A stretch of DNA of 64,000 nucleotides from Candidatus Multivoradales bacterium (GCA_965223325.1 CBDCWI010000002.1:3840001-3904000), one strand, 5' to 3'. Counted from the first letter of the stretch, positions 27,930-37,850 are shown. Program-made: numbers and translations. Notes: generated by a model from the sequence alone, not told the origin.

Positions 27930-28085
27930 TCATTTCTTCTTGTCGTTCTCTTCTTCGGGCTCGGGCGGTTCGTTCTCTTTTGCCTGGTCGGCTCCGCACT
28001 TGGGGCATACGACGGGATCTCGGCCCAGATCGTAGAACTTCGTCGAGCAAGACCAACAGTCCCACTTGGCTCCAAGTTCGACCAT
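27930..28085 (-). CDS. Small zinc-ribbon FYDLN-acid (TIGR02300-like) protein, 51 aa, not in the ORF track
   Basis: Manual translation [51 protein letters not shown]: CxxC...KFYDL...CPKCG with acidic tail. Confidence 0.85.
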   Translation of the reverse strand: MVELGAKWDCWSCSTKFYDLGRDPVVCPKCGADQAKENEPPEPEEENDKKK

Positions 28086-28396
28086 ACTTTCGCCTGAGTT
28101 TTCGGCCACGACCTATGCCCTCCAGGGGTTCAGAATTCGAACCAGCGGCGCGGAAGGTAGCACCCAGGCTCCAATGGAGTCAAACCGGGTGTCAGCGGTT
28201 CTTGGGCCTCAGGGGTCGCGTTCCGTCGAGCTGCAGGCGTATCATCACGGGTCCGGGGCGAACACCCGGTGGCCGGGTTCGGGCCCACTGCCGCCGGAGA
28301 GTGGGAATCCGGCGCGGTCTCAGCCTGTTTGGGATCCTGCGAATCCAGGCCCCTACGGTCCGGCTGCCACCCACGTTGGCAGCGGTGGAGATAACA

Positions 28397-29203
28397 ATGT
28401 TTCAGACCTCTCGTTTCGGTGTTGCTCGACGCGTGGCGACGGCTTTCCCAAGGGCTGAGGCCGTGGGCAGGAGACCAGGTGGCTGGTCGTGGCTGGCGCT
28501 GGTCGTGTCGCTGGCGCTCCTCGTCTCGGGAGCGGTTTCGCCGCTCGCTGCCGACGAGGAGCAAAGGGATGATCCTGTGCATCCACTCGCGGACGGTCTC
28601 ACTTCGCGCCAGCGACTCGATGCCCTGGTCGAACAGGTCAAGAGAGCGCAGCAGGCCATGAACTCGATGGTCGCCGAGTTCGAACAAACCAAACAGTCTT
28701 CGCTGTTGCTCGAGGCCGAGACCTCGACCGGCGAGTTCTCCTATCTGGCACCCGACCAGATCCGTTGGGAGTACGAAGAGCCGCGGCCGATCGTGATGGT
28801 GATCGACAAAGAGGAGATGACCACCTGGTATCCGGACCTCGAGCAAGCTGAGCGTCGTGAGGTCAAGCGTACGTCGGCGCAGGTTTTCAAGTACCTTGGT
28901 GCCGGCGGTTCTCTAGAGACCATGACCCGCTACTTCGCACTGACGGCGAGCTTTCCGAAGTCTCCAGAGAACCCCTATCGCCTCACTCTCAGCCCCCGCT
29001 ACCAGCGGGTCGCCAGGCGTCTTGCCGGCATGGAAATGCACATCGACCAGAAGACGTTCCTGCCGATCTACCTGCGGTACGAAGAGCCCAATGGCGATTG
29101 GACGGAGTATCGCTTTGTCGACACAGAACTCAACGCGCCGGTGTCACCCGAGACGTTCGAGCTCGAGATCCCGGCGAGCGTTCAGATCAAGAGCGGCGGG
29201 TGA
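28397..29203 (+). CDS. LolA-like outer-membrane lipoprotein carrier protein
   Basis: SD GGAG before ATG 28397; signal peptide; AEFEQ, G.F...P..IRWEY..P, W.YP.LEQ. Confidence 0.8.
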   Translation: MFQTSRFGVARRVATAFPRAEAVGRRPGGWSWLALVVSLALLVSGAVSPLAADEEQRDDPVHPLADGLTSRQRLDALVEQVKRAQQAMNSMVAEFEQTKQSSLLLEAETSTGEFSYLAPDQIRWEYEEPRPIVMVIDKEEMTTWYPDLEQAERREVKRTSAQVFKYLGAGGSLETMTRYFALTASFPKSPENPYRLTLSPRYQRVARRLAGMEMHIDQKTFLPIYLRYEEPNGDWTEYRFVDTELNAPVSPETFELEIPASVQIKSGG

Positions 29204-30324
29204 CCCTTCCACATGGCACCTCTCGGCTTGCGCCACACTTTGAAGTCGGTGTCGAGCGGGGCCAGGCGCGGACCGGTCGTCTGGTCACACGTCATGGAGT
29301 GATCGAAACGCCGGCGTTCATGCCGGTGGGGACGCTGGGAGCGGTCAAGGGCCTCGGCCCCCGAGATCTCGAGGCGCAAGCTGCGCAGATCATGCTGAGC
29401 AACCTCTACCACTTGGTGGTGCGACCGGGGATCGACCGGGTCGTTGCCCTGGGTGGTCTCGAGGGTTTCAGCGGTTGGAGTGGGCCGACGTTGACCGACA
29501 GCGGCGGTTACCAGATCTTCAGTCTCGACGGTCTCCGCAAGGTCGAGGAGGGCGGAGTGACTTTCCGCAGCCATCACGACGGTTCACCGTTTCGTTTCAC
29601 TCCCGAGAACGTCGTCGAGTGGCAAGAGGCCATCGGCGTCGATCTGGCGATGATGCTCGATGAGTGCCCGCCTTGGCCGGTCGAGCGTCGGGTGGCGGAA
29701 CGGGCGCTCGAGCGCACCAACCGCTGGGCGGAGCGCGCCAGGGAGCGCTGGAGCGAGGGGCAGACGGCCCTGTTCGGCATCGTCCAGGGGAGCTTTTTCC
29801 CACAGTTGCGAGAACGCGCCACCGAGGCGATCGTCGATCTCGACTTTGCCGGCTATGCCATTGGTGGTGTCAGTGTCGGCGAGGCCACGACCCTTGGTCG
29901 GGACGTCGTCCGACAGGTCGTCCCTGGACTGCCCCCACACAAGCCGCGCTACCTGATGGGCCTGGGCACTCCGGAAGACATTCTGTTTGCCGTATCAGAG
30001 GGGGTCGACCTCTTCGACTGCGTCCTTCCCACGCGCAACGCAAGGCACGGCTACCTCTTCACCCGCGAGGGTACCTTGCGGATCAAGAATGCATGCTTCA
30101 AGGACGATCCTCGCCCGATTGACCCACAAGCTCCAGAACGCGACCGAACAGGTGTCAGCCGGGCCTTCCTCCACCATCTGTTCAGGGCGGGAGAGGTCAC
30201 GGGCAAGGTTCTAGCGACGGTCCACAACCTGGGGTTCTATCTTGACTTCATGACCGATCTTCGTCAGTCTTTGCGATCGGGCACCTTTGATGATCAGTTG
30301 CGGGCCTTCGGGCTCGAATCCTGA
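29200..30324 (+). CDS. tgt: tRNA-guanine transglycosylase
   Basis: TPAFMPVGT, DSGGYQIFSL, LDEC, GIVQG, GGVSVGE, PRYLMGLG, DLFDCVLPTRNAR; tgt-yajC-secD-secF order. Confidence 0.95.
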   Translation: MTLPHGTSRLAPHFEVGVERGQARTGRLVTRHGVIETPAFMPVGTLGAVKGLGPRDLEAQAAQIMLSNLYHLVVRPGIDRVVALGGLEGFSGWSGPTLTDSGGYQIFSLDGLRKVEEGGVTFRSHHDGSPFRFTPENVVEWQEAIGVDLAMMLDECPPWPVERRVAERALERTNRWAERARERWSEGQTALFGIVQGSFFPQLRERATEAIVDLDFAGYAIGGVSVGEATTLGRDVVRQVVPGLPPHKPRYLMGLGTPEDILFAVSEGVDLFDCVLPTRNARHGYLFTREGTLRIKNACFKDDPRPIDPQAPERDRTGVSRAFLHHLFRAGEVTGKVLATVHNLGFYLDFMTDLRQSLRSGTFDDQLRAFGLES

Positions 30325-30601
30325 AGTTCTCTGGCCTGGCAACCGCGAGCGGGCTAGTCACAGGTACCTTGTTGCGGCTGGGATCGTTCAATCGCGATCA
30401 CACGAATGCGATCGATCGGCCCTACGAGTGCCCACCGGATCAAGCGACCCAGCCAGACTCCCGGCGAGTCGATGCTTCAACAGCATGGCCGCCTGGCCTC
30501 TGACATGAGGTCGATTCTCAGCTGAACCTCAGGGCCGAACCTCTCGCGAAAAGCTCCCGAAAAGCGATCCCCGAACAGACCTGGAAGACGTCTTGACACC
30601 C

Positions 30602-30907
30602 ATGCTCAGCCTCATTCTGCAGTCGCCCCAGGGCTCGATGATTTCGACCTTCGCGCCCCTGGTGTTGGTTTTCGGGATCTTCTGGTTCCTGGTGATCTGG
30701 CCGGAGTCGAAGCGGCGTCGTGAGCTGCAGCAGCAGATCGAGGCGTTGGCCAAGGGCGACAAGGTGGTGACCCAGGGCGGCCTGTTCGGAGAGGTGGTTA
30801 CCGTCGAGGCCGGATCAGTGCTTCTCAAGGTGGCTGACGGGGTACGGGTTCGGGTGACCAAATCCGGAATCGCGGGCCTCGCCGAGCCGCCGCAGGCGGC
30901 AAAGTAA
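30602..30907 (+). CDS. yajC: Preprotein translocase subunit YajC
   Basis: One TM helix (FWFLVIWP), L.KGDKVVTQGGLFG; synteny. Confidence 0.92.
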   Translation: MLSLILQSPQGSMISTFAPLVLVFGIFWFLVIWPESKRRRELQQQIEALAKGDKVVTQGGLFGEVVTVEAGSVLLKVADGVRVRVTKSGIAGLAEPPQAAK

Positions 30908-30996
30908 CAGCCGGCTACGGGTCGACCGGGCGAAGGCTTCTCTCCCAGACAGATGACCGAAACCGTGCCCACTGGGCCCGGAGATAGCGAAAGACC

Positions 30997-32568
30997 ATGA
31001 ACAATTCCCTCCTTTGGCGCGGCCTTCTCATTCTCGCGATCGTGGCTGGCGCCGCTCTCGTAGCCTTCCCGCTCGACGAGAAGGTCAACCTTGGGCTCGA
31101 TCTGCGAGGCGGCATGCATCTCGTTCTGTCTGTGAAGACTGAGGATGCTCTACGCTCCGAGACCGACAAGGACATGGAGGCGTTGATCTCGAGTCTCGAG
31201 GATGAAGACATCACCGGTGTCGAGGGTCTGCAAACCGCCGACAACAAGTTCACCTTGACCGGCGTCAGCTCCGATTCCGACGACGTGGTGCGCAAGACGG
31301 TTCGTGACCGCTACACAGGTTGGAGCGTGCGCCGTGTGGGTGAGCAGCTCGAACTAACGCGGGGCGAAGCCGGCAACGCCCAGATCGTCGACGGTGCGAT
31401 TCGGCAGGCGGAGAACACGATTCGGAATCGCATCGACCAGTTCGGTGTTGCCGAACCGGTGATTCACCGCGAGCTGGGAAGCAACCGAATCGTCGTGCAG
31501 CTACCCGGTGTCGATGACCCGGAGCGCGTCAAAGAGGTCATCGGCAAGACTGCGTTCCTCGAGTTCCGTCTCGCGGATTGGCCTACCGAAGGCTTCGGTG
31601 CGGCGAGTCGCGAAGAAGTCCTGGCGCACTACGGCGGTCGCCTTCCCGATCGCGTTGAACTCTTCGAACAGGACATCCGCGACGAAGAGGGGCAGCTCGT
31701 CGAGACCCGCTACTGGGGCCTCGAGGCTCAGCGGGTGATTACCGGGCGAGATCTGCGTGATGCGCGACCGAGCCGCGGACAATTCCAGGAGGCGGTTGTC
31801 GCCTTCACCCTCAAGGCCGATGCTGCCAAACGCTTCGGTGAAATCACTGGCGCCAACGTTGGCCGCAGTCTTGCCATCGTGCTCGACGGCAAGCTGCAGT
31901 CAGCACCGACGATCAACGACCGCATCAGTGATTCGGGCATTATCCAGGGTCGCTATACCTCTGAAGAAGTGCAAGACCTGGTGACCACGCTCAAGAGTGG
32001 TGCCTTGCCAGCCGAGATCAGCTACCTCGAGGAGCGTACGGTCGGCCCGTGGTTGGGTCGCGACTCGATCGAGCGTGGCCTGCGCGCCGGTGCCATCGGA
32101 GCGGGACTCGTCGTGCTGGCGATGTTGGTGGTCTACAAGTTCACTGGCATCAACGCGGTCATTGCACTGCTCCTCGACTTCGTTCTCGTCTTTGGAGCCC
32201 TGGCCTACATGGGGGCCACACTGACCCTGCCGGGGATCGCCGGCATCATTCTGACGATTGGTATGGCAGTGGACGCCAACGTGCTCGTCTTCGAGCGCAT
32301 CCGAGAAGAGCTGCGTAACGGTCGAACGGTGCGCTCGGCCGTGCAGTCGGGCTTCTCCAAGGCCTTCTCGTCGATTCTCGACGCCAACGTCACGACGGTG
32401 ATCGCGGCGCTCTTCCTCTTCCAGTTCGGTTCAGGCCCGATTCGCGGCTTTGCGATCACTCTGGTTGTGGGCATCTTCGCTTCGGTCTTTACCGCCGTCT
32501 TCGTCAGCCGCTGGCTGTTCGACCTCTTCCTTTCGCGCCGCGCGCGGGTCGAGAAGCTCTCCATCTGA
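30997..32568 (+). CDS. secD: Protein translocase subunit SecD
   Basis: LGLDLRGG, RIDQFGVAEP, LAIVLDG, TLPGIAGIILTIGMAVDANVLVFERIREE. Confidence 0.96.
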   Translation: MNNSLLWRGLLILAIVAGAALVAFPLDEKVNLGLDLRGGMHLVLSVKTEDALRSETDKDMEALISSLEDEDITGVEGLQTADNKFTLTGVSSDSDDVVRKTVRDRYTGWSVRRVGEQLELTRGEAGNAQIVDGAIRQAENTIRNRIDQFGVAEPVIHRELGSNRIVVQLPGVDDPERVKEVIGKTAFLEFRLADWPTEGFGAASREEVLAHYGGRLPDRVELFEQDIRDEEGQLVETRYWGLEAQRVITGRDLRDARPSRGQFQEAVVAFTLKADAAKRFGEITGANVGRSLAIVLDGKLQSAPTINDRISDSGIIQGRYTSEEVQDLVTTLKSGALPAEISYLEERTVGPWLGRDSIERGLRAGAIGAGLVVLAMLVVYKFTGINAVIALLLDFVLVFGALAYMGATLTLPGIAGIILTIGMAVDANVLVFERIREELRNGRTVRSAVQSGFSKAFSSILDANVTTVIAALFLFQFGSGPIRGFAITLVVGIFASVFTAVFVSRWLFDLFLSRRARVEKLSI

Positions 32569-32595
32569 AGTCGCCGCGCGCGACGAGGTTTTGTC

Positions 32596-33849
32596 ATGCA
32601 GTTCCTGCAGGATCCGAAAATCAACTTCATGGGCGTCCGGAAGATCTGGCTGTCCGTCTCGGCAGTTCTCGTTGCGGCCGCCCTGTTCATCATCTTCGTG
32701 CAGCCACGGCTGAGCATCGGTGTCGACTTCGCGGGCGGTACGCAGCTGTCGGTCAAGTTCACCGAGGCTCCCGATCTCGAGCGCCTCCGTGAGGCCCTGC
32801 GGGGAGTTGGTGTCGGCGACGCGATGATCCAGCAGGTCGGCGAAGCCGGGAGCAACGAGGTCATGATCAAGACTCGCCTGCAGGAGGCCGAAGAGAGCGT
32901 AGAGGGCGATGCAGCCGAGGCCCTCGACCCGGCCGAGCGCGACGGCAGCTCCCGCTCACTGGTCGAGTCTGCCTTTTCCGATCTTCTCAACCAGGACCTC
33001 GGAGGTCGCTTCGACCTCAACCGTCGTGGGACAAGTGCTCTGGCGGCCGCTCTGATCGATGCTGATCCCGACGGACTGAGCGCCACGACCGACGACGTCG
33101 GGGTGCGCGATCACTACCGTGAAGCGGCGGCAAGCGTCATGGGAGTTCGTGAGTCCAACGGTGTCCTGACCGATATGGCAGAACTCGAGGGATCGGCCTC
33201 GCCAGAGGTTTTGGGTTTCCTCGAGCAGCAGGCTGGCGTCGGCGGCTTCACCATCCTCTCGGCCGACAACGTCGGGCCGCAGATCGGCAAAGAGCTGCGC
33301 CAACGCGGTGTTCTCGCCGTCGTGCTGTCGCTTCTCGGCATGCTGGCCTACATCTGGTGGCGTTTCGAGTTCCGCTTCGGGGTCGGCGCCCTGTTTGCAC
33401 TCACCCATGACGTCTTGATCAGTCTAGGTCTCTACGCCTTGATGGGTTACGAGTTCAATCTCACCACGATCGCCGCCTTCTTGACCGTTGTTGGCTATTC
33501 GGTCAACGACACCGTGGTGGTCTTCGACCGCGTACGCGAGAACTTGCGTCGAACGCGCCGGGAGCCACTGCTCCAGGTACTCAACCAGAGCCTCAATCAG
33601 ACCCTGTCGCGCACCATCCTGACGTCGGGCACGACCCTACTGGCGGTCACAACGCTGTTCCTATTCGGCGGCGAGGTGATTCGCGGTTTCGCCTTTGTCT
33701 TGATGGTCGGTGTCGTCGTCGGTACGTACTCGTCGATCTTCATCGCCTCGCCGATCGTGCTCTTCTGGGAGCGCTTCTTCGGGCGCGAGGCACGCACTCG
33801 TCGGGCCGAAGGCACAGGGCGCTCGACCAGCTCGGCGATTCCCGGCTGA
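32596..33849 (+). CDS. secF: Protein translocase subunit SecF with enlarged periplasmic domain
   Basis: GVDFAGG, VGPQIG.EL, HDV, GYSVNDTVVVFDRVREN, GTYSSIFIA. Confidence 0.95.
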   Translation: MQFLQDPKINFMGVRKIWLSVSAVLVAAALFIIFVQPRLSIGVDFAGGTQLSVKFTEAPDLERLREALRGVGVGDAMIQQVGEAGSNEVMIKTRLQEAEESVEGDAAEALDPAERDGSSRSLVESAFSDLLNQDLGGRFDLNRRGTSALAAALIDADPDGLSATTDDVGVRDHYREAAASVMGVRESNGVLTDMAELEGSASPEVLGFLEQQAGVGGFTILSADNVGPQIGKELRQRGVLAVVLSLLGMLAYIWWRFEFRFGVGALFALTHDVLISLGLYALMGYEFNLTTIAAFLTVVGYSVNDTVVVFDRVRENLRRTRREPLLQVLNQSLNQTLSRTILTSGTTLLAVTTLFLFGGEVIRGFAFVLMVGVVVGTYSSIFIASPIVLFWERFFGREARTRRAEGTGRSTSSAIPG

Positions 33850-33997
33850 TTCGACGTCTACCACCCCGGGGCTCGAGGTGAGGGCTCCTCGGGCGGCTGG
33901 CGTCTATCCCTCTTCTGCGCCGTCCGATGTCGATTCGTATCGCCTGGGCGGCGCGAAGGCCAATCGGTCAGCTCTCGTTTGGGGCTAGGGCCGCGCC

Positions 33998-34003
33998 TAT
34001 AAT
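33998..34003 (+). promoter_or_regulatory. Candidate sigma70 -10 box (TATAAT) for rel
   Basis: Perfect TATAAT 34 bp upstream of ATG 34037, SD CAGGAG at 34021; no clear -35. Confidence 0.5.
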
Positions 34004-34036
34004 TGTGGGTCCGTCCCACTCAGGAGTCGCCCGCAG

Positions 34037-36283
34037 ATGAGTCCACGAAAGGTCGAGTCGCCAGTCGAAGCCCCCAGCGGGCTGACGCTCGACCGCGTGA
34101 TCGCCAAGCTCGAAGAGGACGAGCGTGCGGTGGATCGTGAGTGGCTCGAGGACGTCTACGACTACGCCAAGGCGCGTCACGAAGGGCAAGTCCGCAGCTC
34201 GGGCGAGCCCTACATCGAGCACCCATTGGCGGTTGCCTGGCTGCTGGCGGATCTGCGCTTCGACACGGTCTGCGTGGCCGTGGCGCTCTTGCATGACGTG
34301 CTCGAAGACACCGGGGTTTCGCGTGACGAACTAGGGTCCAAGTGGGGCGACGAGATCGCCGCCCTGGTCGATGGTGTTTCCAAGATTGGTAAACACGCCT
34401 ATGTGCGGCGCGACGAGGCCCAAGCGGAGACGTTTCGCAAACTGGTCCTGGCGTCTGCCCGAGACATTCGGGTGATCGTCGTCAAGCTGGCTGACCGGCT
34501 CCACAACATGCAGACCCTCGGTCCCCTACGGCCCGACAAGCGTCGACGCATCGCGCGTGAGACGCTCGAGATCTACGCGCCGATCGCCCATCGCCTCGGT
34601 ATGTCGGCTGTGCGCCAGCAGCTCGAAGATCTGTCCTTCTTTCACCTCTACCCGCATCAGTACACCGAGCTCGCGACCAGCCTGCGCGCTACGGTCAAGC
34701 TACGCAAGTCAGCGACGCGCAAGATTCGCGGCGAGCTCGGAGCGGCGCTCAAGGACGCCTCGATCCCTGCACAGATCAGCCATCGGGTAAAGGGCTTCTA
34801 TTCGATCTACCAGAAGCTGCGTCGTCAGGACATCGATATCTCGCAGCTCTACGACTACATCGCCTTTCGCATCGTGGTCGACGAGGTGGCGCAGTGCTAC
34901 GCCGCCCTGGGCGTCGTCCACCAGTCGTGGCGCCCGATTCCGGGGCGCTTCAAGGACTACATCGCAGTTCCGAAGCCCAACCTCTACCAGTCGCTCCACA
35001 CGACCCTGGTGGGCGAGAAGGGGCAGCCGTTCGAGGTCCAGATACGCACTCACAAGATGGACCTCATCGCCGAGGAAGGCATCGCCGCGCATTGGAACTA
35101 CAAGGAGGGACGGGTCGACACCCAGACGTCGGACCCCAATATCCTCTGGCTGCGCCAGCTCCTCGAGTGGCAGCAGGAGGTTCAAGACCCGCGCACCTTC
35201 CTCAACACGCTCAAGATCGATCTCTACCCGGACGAGGTCTATGTTTTCACCCCCAAGGGCGAGGTGCACTCCTTCCCACGCGGTGCAACGCCCCTCGATT
35301 TTGCCTACCGGATCCACACCGACCTCGGCCATCACTGCTCTGGGGCGCGCGTCAACGGTCGCCTCGTGCCACTGCGAACTGCCCTTTCGAACGGCGACAT
35401 CGTCGAAGTGATGACCAACCCCAGCCGGGAGCCGAGCCGCGACTGGCTGAACATCGTCGTGACCCCGCGCGCCAAGTCGAAGATCCGCCACTGGTTGAAC
35501 ACCCGCCAGAAGGATCGCGCGATCGAGATCGGCCGCACGATGTTCGAGAAGGAGGCGCGCAGGCTCAAACGCGGTATCAAAGGAGTCGTCGAGTCAGAAG
35601 AGATGCGTGCCCATCTCAAGGAGGAGGGCCTCGCATCGGTCGACGACCTTTACGGGCGGATTGGTTTCGGGCGCGGTTCGGCGCGCTCGATCCTGGCTCG
35701 ACTGGTTGGTGAGGCGGAGCTCGAGAATCCTTCTCTGCCGGCCGGCCGCCTGAGAAAAGCGGTCTCGCGCATTCTCCCCTTCGGCGGCGAGGCGCACGTC
35801 ACGGTGCGCGGAGATGGGGACATGCTCGCTTACCTCGCGAAGTGCTGCAGTCCGCTTCCTGGAGACGAGATCGTTGGCTACGTAACCCGCGGCCGCGGTG
35901 TCGCCGTGCACTCGGCGGAGTGCCCCAACGTGCGCAATCTGCTCTATCACCCGGAGCGCGAGATCGAAGTCGAGTGGGCCAGGCGGCCTGAGCGTGACTT
36001 CGAGATCACCCTGGTGATCACAGGCTCCGACTCACCGGGTTTGCTGGCTCGCATTACCGACGTGATCGCTCGCCACCAGACGAACATCAAGAACATCGAG
36101 GCCCGGACGGACGATATGGGGCGCTACACCATCGATGTCGTCGTGGTTGTCTCGGATCGCCGACAGCTCGAGCAGCTTTCAGAAGGCTTGCGCGAGTTGC
36201 CTGGAATCGCCCGCGTCGAACGTCGGATGAGCGGTAGCGGCCGCGAGCGTGAGGCACCGCCGCGGTCGCGTCACAGCCCTTAG
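34037..36283 (+). CDS. relA: Bifunctional (p)ppGpp synthetase/hydrolase (Rel/SpoT)
   Basis: Hydrolase LLHDVLED, KLADRLHNM; synthetase RFKDYI, YQSLHT, EVQIRT; TGS domain (DFAYRIHT), AKCC, ACT-like C-terminus. Confidence 0.95.
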   Translation: MSPRKVESPVEAPSGLTLDRVIAKLEEDERAVDREWLEDVYDYAKARHEGQVRSSGEPYIEHPLAVAWLLADLRFDTVCVAVALLHDVLEDTGVSRDELGSKWGDEIAALVDGVSKIGKHAYVRRDEAQAETFRKLVLASARDIRVIVVKLADRLHNMQTLGPLRPDKRRRIARETLEIYAPIAHRLGMSAVRQQLEDLSFFHLYPHQYTELATSLRATVKLRKSATRKIRGELGAALKDASIPAQISHRVKGFYSIYQKLRRQDIDISQLYDYIAFRIVVDEVAQCYAALGVVHQSWRPIPGRFKDYIAVPKPNLYQSLHTTLVGEKGQPFEVQIRTHKMDLIAEEGIAAHWNYKEGRVDTQTSDPNILWLRQLLEWQQEVQDPRTFLNTLKIDLYPDEVYVFTPKGEVHSFPRGATPLDFAYRIHTDLGHHCSGARVNGRLVPLRTALSNGDIVEVMTNPSREPSRDWLNIVVTPRAKSKIRHWLNTRQKDRAIEIGRTMFEKEARRLKRGIKGVVESEEMRAHLKEEGLASVDDLYGRIGFGRGSARSILARLVGEAELENPSLPAGRLRKAVSRILPFGGEAHVTVRGDGDMLAYLAKCCSPLPGDEIVGYVTRGRGVAVHSAECPNVRNLLYHPEREIEVEWARRPERDFEITLVITGSDSPGLLARITDVIARHQTNIKNIEARTDDMGRYTIDVVVVVSDRRQLEQLSEGLRELPGIARVERRMSGSGREREAPPRSRHSP

Positions 36284-36472
36284 ATTCCGACCCCAACCAA
36301 GCGGCGGGACCGCCGCCGCTCATCCCGCCGGCGGGCAGATGGCCGAATCCGGCGAAAAAGTGGCGTCGGTGTGCCTTTGAGAGCCTCGAACCGGCGCAAG
36401 AGCCTGAAAACAAAGGACTCCGGAAGCGTGAGAAAGCTCGTCCGCCGCCGCCAAACTTTTTCACCAAAAGAC

Positions 36473-36501
36473 TTGCAAAGCTACACAACCTCCACTACCA
36501 T
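36473..36501 (+). promoter_or_regulatory. Candidate sigma70 promoter upstream of pilM
   Basis: TTGCAA-N17-TACCAT, preceded by an A/T-rich tract. Confidence 0.5.
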
Positions 36502-36789
36502 CACCTTCCGTTGATCCTCTTGGCGTGTCCTCGAGGTCACTCGTTAGGCTCCTACCTGTTCCGTAGCTTCGATCGGTCAAGTACTTAGTATTCTGCAGCT
36601 TCGACTTGGCACCCCCCCTTGAAGCACTCGTTCGTTTCCCTTAGACAACTCGCTTACCGCATCACAATCACCCCGGATCATGGATCTGGGAGAGCGTTGG
36701 CGGTCCTTGGATTTCTCTGACAATGGTGTATCCGGCCTGGACACGCCACTTTTTCGAAGGATTTCAGGCCGCCAGGAGGCAACCGACCC

Positions 36790-37845
36790 GTGGGTCTCTT
36801 CTCTCGTTCGAAAGGTCTCGTTGGACTCGACGTCGGCAGTTTTGCCGTCAAGTTGGTCGAGCTCAAGGAAAAGAAGGGTGAGTACCAGCTTCAGCGGCTG
36901 GGCATCGAGCCCCTCTCTCCGGAAGCGATCGTCGATGGTTCGATCATGGACTCCTCCCTCGTAGTGGATGCGATCCAGAAGTTGAACGACGAGACCGGTG
37001 TCAAGAACAGCAACTTCGCCACGTCGCTGTCAGGCCACTCGGTCATCATCAAGAAGATCGAACTGCCCGCCATGGCTCCTGAGGAATTGGCGGAGTCGAT
37101 TCAGTGGGAGGCCGAGCAGTACATCCCCTTCGACATCAACGACGTTCGACTCGACTATGTCCTGCTCGATGACGGCATGGCGACCGACCAGATGGACGTG
37201 CTCCTGGTTGCGGTCAAGCGCGACAAGGTCAACGACTACGTTTCGGTGATCAGCCAGGCAGGCAAGGTGCCCGCCATGGTCGACGTCGATGCCTTCGCCA
37301 TTCAGAACGCCTACGAGGCCAACTACGACCTCGATCCGATGAAAGTCGTCGCACTGGTCAACATGGGTGCGAGCGTTACCAACATCAACATCCTGGCTCG
37401 CGGCACCACCGTGTTCTGGCGCGACATTTCCTTTGGTGGCAACCAGTTCACCGAGGCTCTGCAGCGTGAGTTCCGGCTGTCGTTCGAGCAGTCTGAGGCA
37501 TTGAAGCGCGGCAACCCGGTGGACGACAAGACGCCGGCCGACGCAGCGCCTGTTCTCGAGTCGGTGGCCGGCGAGATGGCAGGCGAGATTCAGAAGACCT
37601 TTGACTTCTTCGGCGCAACGTCGAGCGACGGCTCCGTCGACGAGCTCGTGCTCTCAGGCGGCTGCGCGCTGACGCCCAACCTGCTTCAGGTTCTGCGCGA
37701 GCGTTTCGGTGTGCCGACTGAACTGATGAACCCTCTCCGTCGCATCACCTTCAAGGAGAACGACTTCAACAGCGAGTGGCTGAACAGCGTGGCGCCCATG
37801 ATGACGGTGCCGATCGGCCTCGCAGTACGGAAGCTGGGGGACTAA
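36790..37845 (+). CDS. pilM: Type IV pilus assembly protein PilM
   Basis: VGLDVGS..VKLVEL, EAEQYIPF, LLVA, GGNQFT, LSGGCA, GLA.R; SD AGGAGG. Confidence 0.95.
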   Translation: MGLFSRSKGLVGLDVGSFAVKLVELKEKKGEYQLQRLGIEPLSPEAIVDGSIMDSSLVVDAIQKLNDETGVKNSNFATSLSGHSVIIKKIELPAMAPEELAESIQWEAEQYIPFDINDVRLDYVLLDDGMATDQMDVLLVAVKRDKVNDYVSVISQAGKVPAMVDVDAFAIQNAYEANYDLDPMKVVALVNMGASVTNINILARGTTVFWRDISFGGNQFTEALQREFRLSFEQSEALKRGNPVDDKTPADAAPVLESVAGEMAGEIQKTFDFFGATSSDGSVDELVLSGGCALTPNLLQVLRERFGVPTELMNPLRRITFKENDFNSEWLNSVAPMMTVPIGLAVRKLGD

Positions 37846-37850
37846 AGCCC

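Noticed and set aside
28118-28150. tRNA-like GGTTCGAAT on the - strand
   Set aside because: The flanks do not form a T-stem or cloverleaf.
883-30324. Archaeosine pathway formed by the RaSEA-like gene plus tgt
   Set aside because: The genes are 27 kb apart, and tgt is the ordinary bacterial type in the tgt-yajC-secDF operon with no PUA domain; no ArcS or Que genes are present.
30325-30600. preQ1 or other riboswitch near tgt/yajC
   Set aside because: Only a weak hairpin (TGAGGT...ACCTCA) is present, with no recognisable aptamer consensus.
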